From: an uncultured Verrucomicrobiae bacterium
GTDB taxonomy: Bacteria; Verrucomicrobiota; Verrucomicrobiia; Chthoniobacterales; UBA10450
Direction of reading: 5' to 3'
DNA: 64,000 nt
Assembly (NCBI GenBank): GCA_963801815.1
Contig: CAWDGJ010000007.1
Span: forward strand, 192,001 to 256,000
The first letter of the stretch is position 1, and every line of letters starts with the position of its first letter. A program made the translations under genes and the position numbers. The notes below the pieces were generated by a model that worked only from the letters and a program-made list of their open reading frames with translations, was not told the DNA's origin and did no database searches. Shown one piece after another: positions 59,766-64,000 of the stretch.

Positions 59766-60732
59766 TTAGGCCAGTTCGCCTAACGAACGCTTATTCACCG
59801 CGGCCTGAAGATATTTGCCCCAGCTCAAGTTGTCGCGGCCGGGGACGTGTTCGCGCGCTTTGCGAATCGCCATTTCGGAGACCGCTTCCACCACCCACTC
59901 AAAATTCCCCTGACCGACTGATGCTGCTTCGGCGTCCGGAGCGGGATTGCAGAAATCGATCGCCATCGGAACGCCGTCGCGGATGGCAAACTCGACCGTG
60001 TTCAAATCGTAGCCGAGATACTGATTCAAGCGAAGTACCCCTTCCTCGACCTTCTGCAAAATCTCCTTGGGTGCCTGCCATTCGGTTTGGTAGCGCAAAT
60101 GATAGGGATGCCGCGGCTCGTAGGGCATGATGCGCACGTTGCGTTGATCGATTGAGTAGCAGCGGAAGTACATCTCGAACTTCACTTCTTCCTGCAAGCA
60201 TCATCACCAGTTGTCCGGTCTCGTTGTAGGCGCGGAAGAATTCGTCCCGATTGTGCAGGCGATAGACGTTTTTCCAGCCACCGCCGGAGAACGGTTTGAA
60301 AAACGCCGGCCACCCGACGTAGGCGAAAATTTCTTCCCAATTTAACGGGTAAGCGAGATTGCGAAATGATTTTTCGCTCGTGTCCGGCGGCGGTTGGTTC
60401 GACGGCAGTAGCACCGTGCGGGGAACCGCCACCCCGATCTTTGTCGCGAGCGCATTGTTGAAAAACTTGTCGTCCGCGCTCCACCAAAACGGATTGTTCA
60501 CCACCGCCGTGCCGGAGAGCGCCGCATTCTTTAGCCAGGCGCGATAAAACGGCACGTCCTGCGAGATGCGATCGATCACGACGTCGTAACCGCACGGTTC
60601 GCCTTGAATCACTTTGTCGATCCGGACGAACTCCGCGACGATATCTTTGCCGCCGGTTTTCTGGTTTACCCGCTCGACAAACGCCGGGGGAAAGCTGTGT
60701 TCCTGACCAAAGAGGATTCCGATTTTTTTCAT
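59766..60732 (-). CDS. RimK-like ATP-grasp protein, one indel near 60195
   Basis: IDRISQD, VNNPFWWSADDKFF, P.FFKP..GGGW and, in the next frame, QE, YD.NTVEFA..DG.P.AIDF.NPAPD. Confidence 0.88.
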
Positions 60733-60744
60733 GAGAAAAGAAAC

Positions 60745-60771
60745 CCGCGGATTACGCGGATTTACACGGAT
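60745..60771. repeat. dispersed short repeat, copy B
   Basis: ccgcggatt acgcggattt acacggat, with a 9-10 bp period. Confidence 0.7.
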
Positions 60772-60789
60772 AGCAGCAAAAAGAAATCT

Positions 60790-63180
60790 TTAAAATCGTT
60801 TCGGATGCCAATCCGGATTTTTTAGACTGCCTTCGCCTTTGTATTCGAACAATTTATAGACCGGGGTCAGCAGAATGCCCGGCCCTTTAGGGTCGACCCG
60901 CACATCGAAGTCGAGTTTGTCGTCCAGAAAATGAATGTCGCCGTGGCCGACCATTGAAAAGAGTTTGCCCGCCGCTTCGAGATCCTCGGTGTGAATTGTT
61001 CCGCTCTTCACCGTGAAGCTGGCGGTCGCATCACGGGCGATACTGTATCCAAAACCGGGAATCACCGCGCCCAGTAGCCCGGAAAGCGGACCGAAGACCG
61101 GAATCGCAAACACGTCGCCGTTTGCTACATCGACTTTTCCGCTCCCCTGCATCAATCGCGAGTTGTCACCAACGCCGGTAAAATCGTAGGTGCCATTGAG
61201 TTGACCGTGGGCCGTCTTGTAATTCCAGTAAAGATCGGTCAGGCGCGGAAAATCCATGGCGTCGACGGCCAACTTCGCGCGATATCGCTGATCGTTGTGG
61301 GCCAGTGAAATGTCGGCGCTCCCCCGAAAATTTCCCGAAAGAAGCCCACCGTGAACATCGACAATCTGCAAGTGATCATTCGTGAAAAGAAGTCGCCCGT
61401 TGATCTTTTGAAACGGCAGCGTTTTGCCCAAGAACACGTAGTCCATTCCGGCGGGTGAATCGACGTTGATCTCAAGTCGGGTCGCTGTTCCGCCGCCAAA
61501 CTGGTAGACACCGTTCGCGGTAATGGTTGGAGGTTGATGAAACTTATAAGGCGCGACCGTTTTTGGCAGGTCCGGATCAATCCAACAAGCCGCTTCAACC
61601 GGTCGCACGTTCGCTTTGATGTTCGAGACACGAACTTCGTGATTGGCGAAATCGTAAACGAAACTGCCGGTGCCAACCCCTTCGTCGCGGACGACGCGGA
61701 AGTTGTCGTAAGTCACCGCACCATTGGCGAAATGAATTTTGCTCGTCGCGCTGTTCATCCATTGCCCGCGAAAGCGCGTGCGCTCGAGAGCAACATTTCC
61801 GTCGCCCTGCCAGTTTTCCGGTTGTCGATCTTTTCCGCGAATAGCGAGATGGATCACGGGCTCTCGTGAGAATTCCCACTCGCCCAGAAATTCCTGGATA
61901 TCCGGTGAAACGAACGGACGCAGTGCGCCGACCGCGACCGGGCCGTCGACGTTCAACCGAAACTCGTTAGGCGCTTCGTACACTTCAGCCCGAAGGTCGC
62001 CATTTTGATGCCGCACGTGGATGTCACGCAGCCAGGTCCGTTCGCCGTCCCATGAAAATTCCGCGCGGCAATCCGACAACGACAGGTTCTTGTAGGTTAA
62101 TTTCTCCGCGGCGAAGTGGCCGATTAGTTTTACTTGCGGATGGCCCCTCTCAAAATTGGCGGAGCCTGAAACGTCGATGACCGGCGATACGTTGAAGCTA
62201 ACGTCCGCCACCGGTTCACCGAAGTCAGCGGCGTCGAGCAATGTTTTGAGATCGAGACTGCTGCGCGCATCGAATTTTGCCTCATTGGTTTTTCGGCTCC
62301 AATTCCCGGTCGCAACCAAGCCACCCAATCGATCGCTCCATTCACAACGGGTGACAGTAAGAGTCTGGTCACTCCACTCTGCCGCGGCGATGAAGTCGCG
62401 CATCTCGTAGTCTTTTCGTTTTATCACTTTTCCCTGCAGGGTTGCTTCGGCGCGCGCGTCTTCGAGGTCCGCAAGGTCCCCGCTGAATTTCACCTGCAAT
62501 GCCGGCGCTCCGCCTGGAAAACTGAACTTCTGCAGTTCGGCAACGATCTTGCGAACAATCGACCATCTCATCGCGCGCTCCTCGTCGGACAGCGGGGGCG
62601 ACGGTTGATAATCCTCGCGCTTGATCAACTGACCGGTGGCCGAGATGCGTACTCCGCAAAAGAATCCCTCCGCCTGACTGATATAAATTTGTTCCGGCGG
62701 AAAATAGATATGCGCGCGAAATTTTCTCAGCTGCGGCGGCTCGACCTTTCTCCCATTTGCTGTTTTCAGCGGCAGGGTGACTTCGGCGTTACGAATGTCG
62801 AGCGCGTTGAGAAACGGCTGGTGATGAAAAAAGGCGGCGTAATTTATGTCGAGCGCGACCTCGCTGATAAATGCAAGGGTTTCGGAGCGGTTCTTGTAAC
62901 TAAAAATTCGCACGTCGCGCGCAACCAGACCCCGAAATGGATCCAGCGTGAGATGGCCAATGGCCGCTTCAACCCCGCGGCGATGCATTTCCTCGACCAC
63001 GCGCGTGCGCCATTGTCCGCGGAAACCTTTGCGCGCAAGATACCAGCCGCCGCTGATCGCCCCAGCAATTAACACCACGATCGCCAGGCGCAAAATCGCG
63101 CGCATCAGGGGATGTTTCCCGCCCGGCTGTCGATCCGACGATGGCTCGGCGGTCTTGGTTGGTTCGATGACGGTTGGCAT
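60790..63180 (-). CDS. long AsmA-like (TamB/YhdP-type) protein
   Basis: N-terminal TM, ~750 aa of beta-rich repeats and a C-terminal F.V..G.I.T.DL...G.G.I...D..LD...GEGSLKNPDW. Confidence 0.72.
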   Translation of the reverse strand: MPTVIEPTKTAEPSSDRQPGGKHPLMRAILRLAIVVLIAGAISGGWYLARKGFRGQWRTRVVEEMHRRGVEAAIGHLTLDPFRGLVARDVRIFSYKNRSETLAFISEVALDINYAAFFHHQPFLNALDIRNAEVTLPLKTANGRKVEPPQLRKFRAHIYFPPEQIYISQAEGFFCGVRISATGQLIKREDYQPSPPLSDEERAMRWSIVRKIVAELQKFSFPGGAPALQVKFSGDLADLEDARAEATLQGKVIKRKDYEMRDFIAAAEWSDQTLTVTRCEWSDRLGGLVATGNWSRKTNEAKFDARSSLDLKTLLDAADFGEPVADVSFNVSPVIDVSGSANFERGHPQVKLIGHFAAEKLTYKNLSLSDCRAEFSWDGERTWLRDIHVRHQNGDLRAEVYEAPNEFRLNVDGPVAVGALRPFVSPDIQEFLGEWEFSREPVIHLAIRGKDRQPENWQGDGNVALERTRFRGQWMNSATSKIHFANGAVTYDNFRVVRDEGVGTGSFVYDFANHEVRVSNIKANVRPVEAACWIDPDLPKTVAPYKFHQPPTITANGVYQFGGGTATRLEINVDSPAGMDYVFLGKTLPFQKINGRLLFTNDHLQIVDVHGGLLSGNFRGSADISLAHNDQRYRAKLAVDAMDFPRLTDLYWNYKTAHGQLNGTYDFTGVGDNSRLMQGSGKVDVANGDVFAIPVFGPLSGLLGAVIPGFGYSIARDATASFTVKSGTIHTEDLEAAGKLFSMVGHGDIHFLDDKLDFDVRVDPKGPGILLTPVYKLFEYKGEGSLKNPDWHPKRF

Positions 63181-63197
63181 TGGCGGACTAGTACAGA

Positions 63198-63273
63198 GCC
63201 ACAGATAGCCACAGATTCACACAGATTTTTCTCGCCTCTTTTGAACTGTGTCTCATCCGTGTAATTCTGTGGC
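63198..63273. repeat. 10-mer tandem repeat with an inverted partner between divergent genes
   Basis: gccacagata gccacagatt cacacagatt (63198-63227) and an inverted ctgtg..tccgtg..tctgtggc (63246-63273). Confidence 0.75.
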
Positions 63274-63274
63274 G

Positions 63275-63700
63275 ATGACGATTCGTGATCTCCCGGCGAT
63301 CAATGCTTCGCTTAACGCGATCAGCACCGTTTTCATTTCGATGGGCTGGTTTTGGATCCGGCGGAATATCTGGCAACGTCACGTCCCCTGCATGATTGCC
63401 GCCCTCATCGCGTCGACCGCGTTTCTCGTCGGTTACATCGTTTACCACGCGCACGTCGGTGAAAAATCCTCCGGCTATACTGGCCTGATTGCATGGATTT
63501 ACTTTCCGCTTCTGGTCTCTCACATTCTCCTCGCCTTCGTGACACTGCCGCTGGTGATCGTGACACTGGTACCAGTTTTCCGGCGCCGCTGGGACCGCCA
63601 TCGTCGAATCGGCCGCTGGACGATGCCGATCTGGCTTTATGTGTCCGTCACCGGCGTCCTGGTTTATCTCATGCTGTACCATTGGTTCCCTCCGCAATAA
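63275..63700 (+). CDS. DUF420 (YozB-like) membrane protein
   Basis: LPAINASLN, H..CM, FL..Y..YH, SHI.LA and HRRIGRWT.PIWLYVSVTGV.VY.MLY. Confidence 0.92.
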   Translation: MTIRDLPAINASLNAISTVFISMGWFWIRRNIWQRHVPCMIAALIASTAFLVGYIVYHAHVGEKSSGYTGLIAWIYFPLLVSHILLAFVTLPLVIVTLVPVFRRRWDRHRRIGRWTMPIWLYVSVTGVLVYLMLYHWFPPQ

Positions 63701-63813
63701 TGCCCGTCCGGTCCCCCGTTCGGACGGACTCGTCCCGCGGCGAGCTCGAACTCTTGCACTTGTCCAATAGTTGATGTTTGCTCAGGAGCACTACCTCAGG
63801 GCACAATCGAACT

Positions 63814-64000
63814 ATGGTGACGATCGCCACATTTAATGAGCCGGAAAAAGCCAAACGGCTGAAAGCAACGCTTTCAGGAAAGCGGAATCGAAGCGGACAT
63901 TCACAACGAGCGACATCTTCCAGATGGCGTTCATGTCCCGGCCACTCGCCAATGCCAAAGTAACGGTGGACGATGCCGATTTCGAACGCGCACAAAATTT
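63814..64000 (+). CDS. DUF2007-like protein, 3' partial, with indels
   Basis: Joined reading MVTIATFNEPEKA..LK...GIEADIHNE....V.VDDADFERA. Confidence 0.55.

Noticed and set aside
63704..63727. Hairpin after DUF420 (ccgtccg/cggacgg) as a terminator
   Set aside because: It is a 7 bp stem with no U-tract, which is insufficient support.
1..64000. CRISPR array, cas genes, integrase, transposase or prophage
   Set aside because: I saw no regularly spaced 25-45 bp repeats and no ORF with recombinase, transposase or phage structural motifs.

Overview
Bacterial chromosomal window of moderately high GC. Gene content and style suggest a soil Verrucomicrobium (Spartobacteria/Chthoniobacterales-like); that assignment is inference, not established. 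The main finding is a ~22 kb envelope region (4965-27209). It encodes what reads as a nearly complete, eukaryote-like inositol-phosphoceramide pathway: serine palmitoyltransferase, a bacterial ceramide-synthase-type GNAT, a DEGS/DES1-like sphingolipid delta-4 desaturase, an FA2H/Scs7-like 2-hydroxylase, inositol-3-phosphate synthase, an IPCT-like cytidylyltransferase and two CDP-alcohol phosphotransferases. It also holds an SDR, a polyprenol-P-mannose synthase, a GT-C transferase, several other glycosyltransferases and a double-TolC ABC exporter. The region is bracketed by integron-type cassettes with no integrase (an attC/GTTRRRY array at 3179-4926 and a single DoxX cassette next to tRNA-Glu). 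The rest is mostly housekeeping: AddA-like helicase-nuclease, waaA, rsmD, two AsmA-like proteins, lipid kinase, glnE, rho, yebC, typA, ispG, rseP, dxr, cdsA, tdh and kbl. There is also a large S8 protease, an ATP-grasp/GCS2/aminopeptidase peptide-ligase cluster, REP elements and scattered 7-10 bp tandem repeats, two of them inside ispG. Many genes, including the normally essential cdsA, carry single-base indels that look like long-read sequencing errors.
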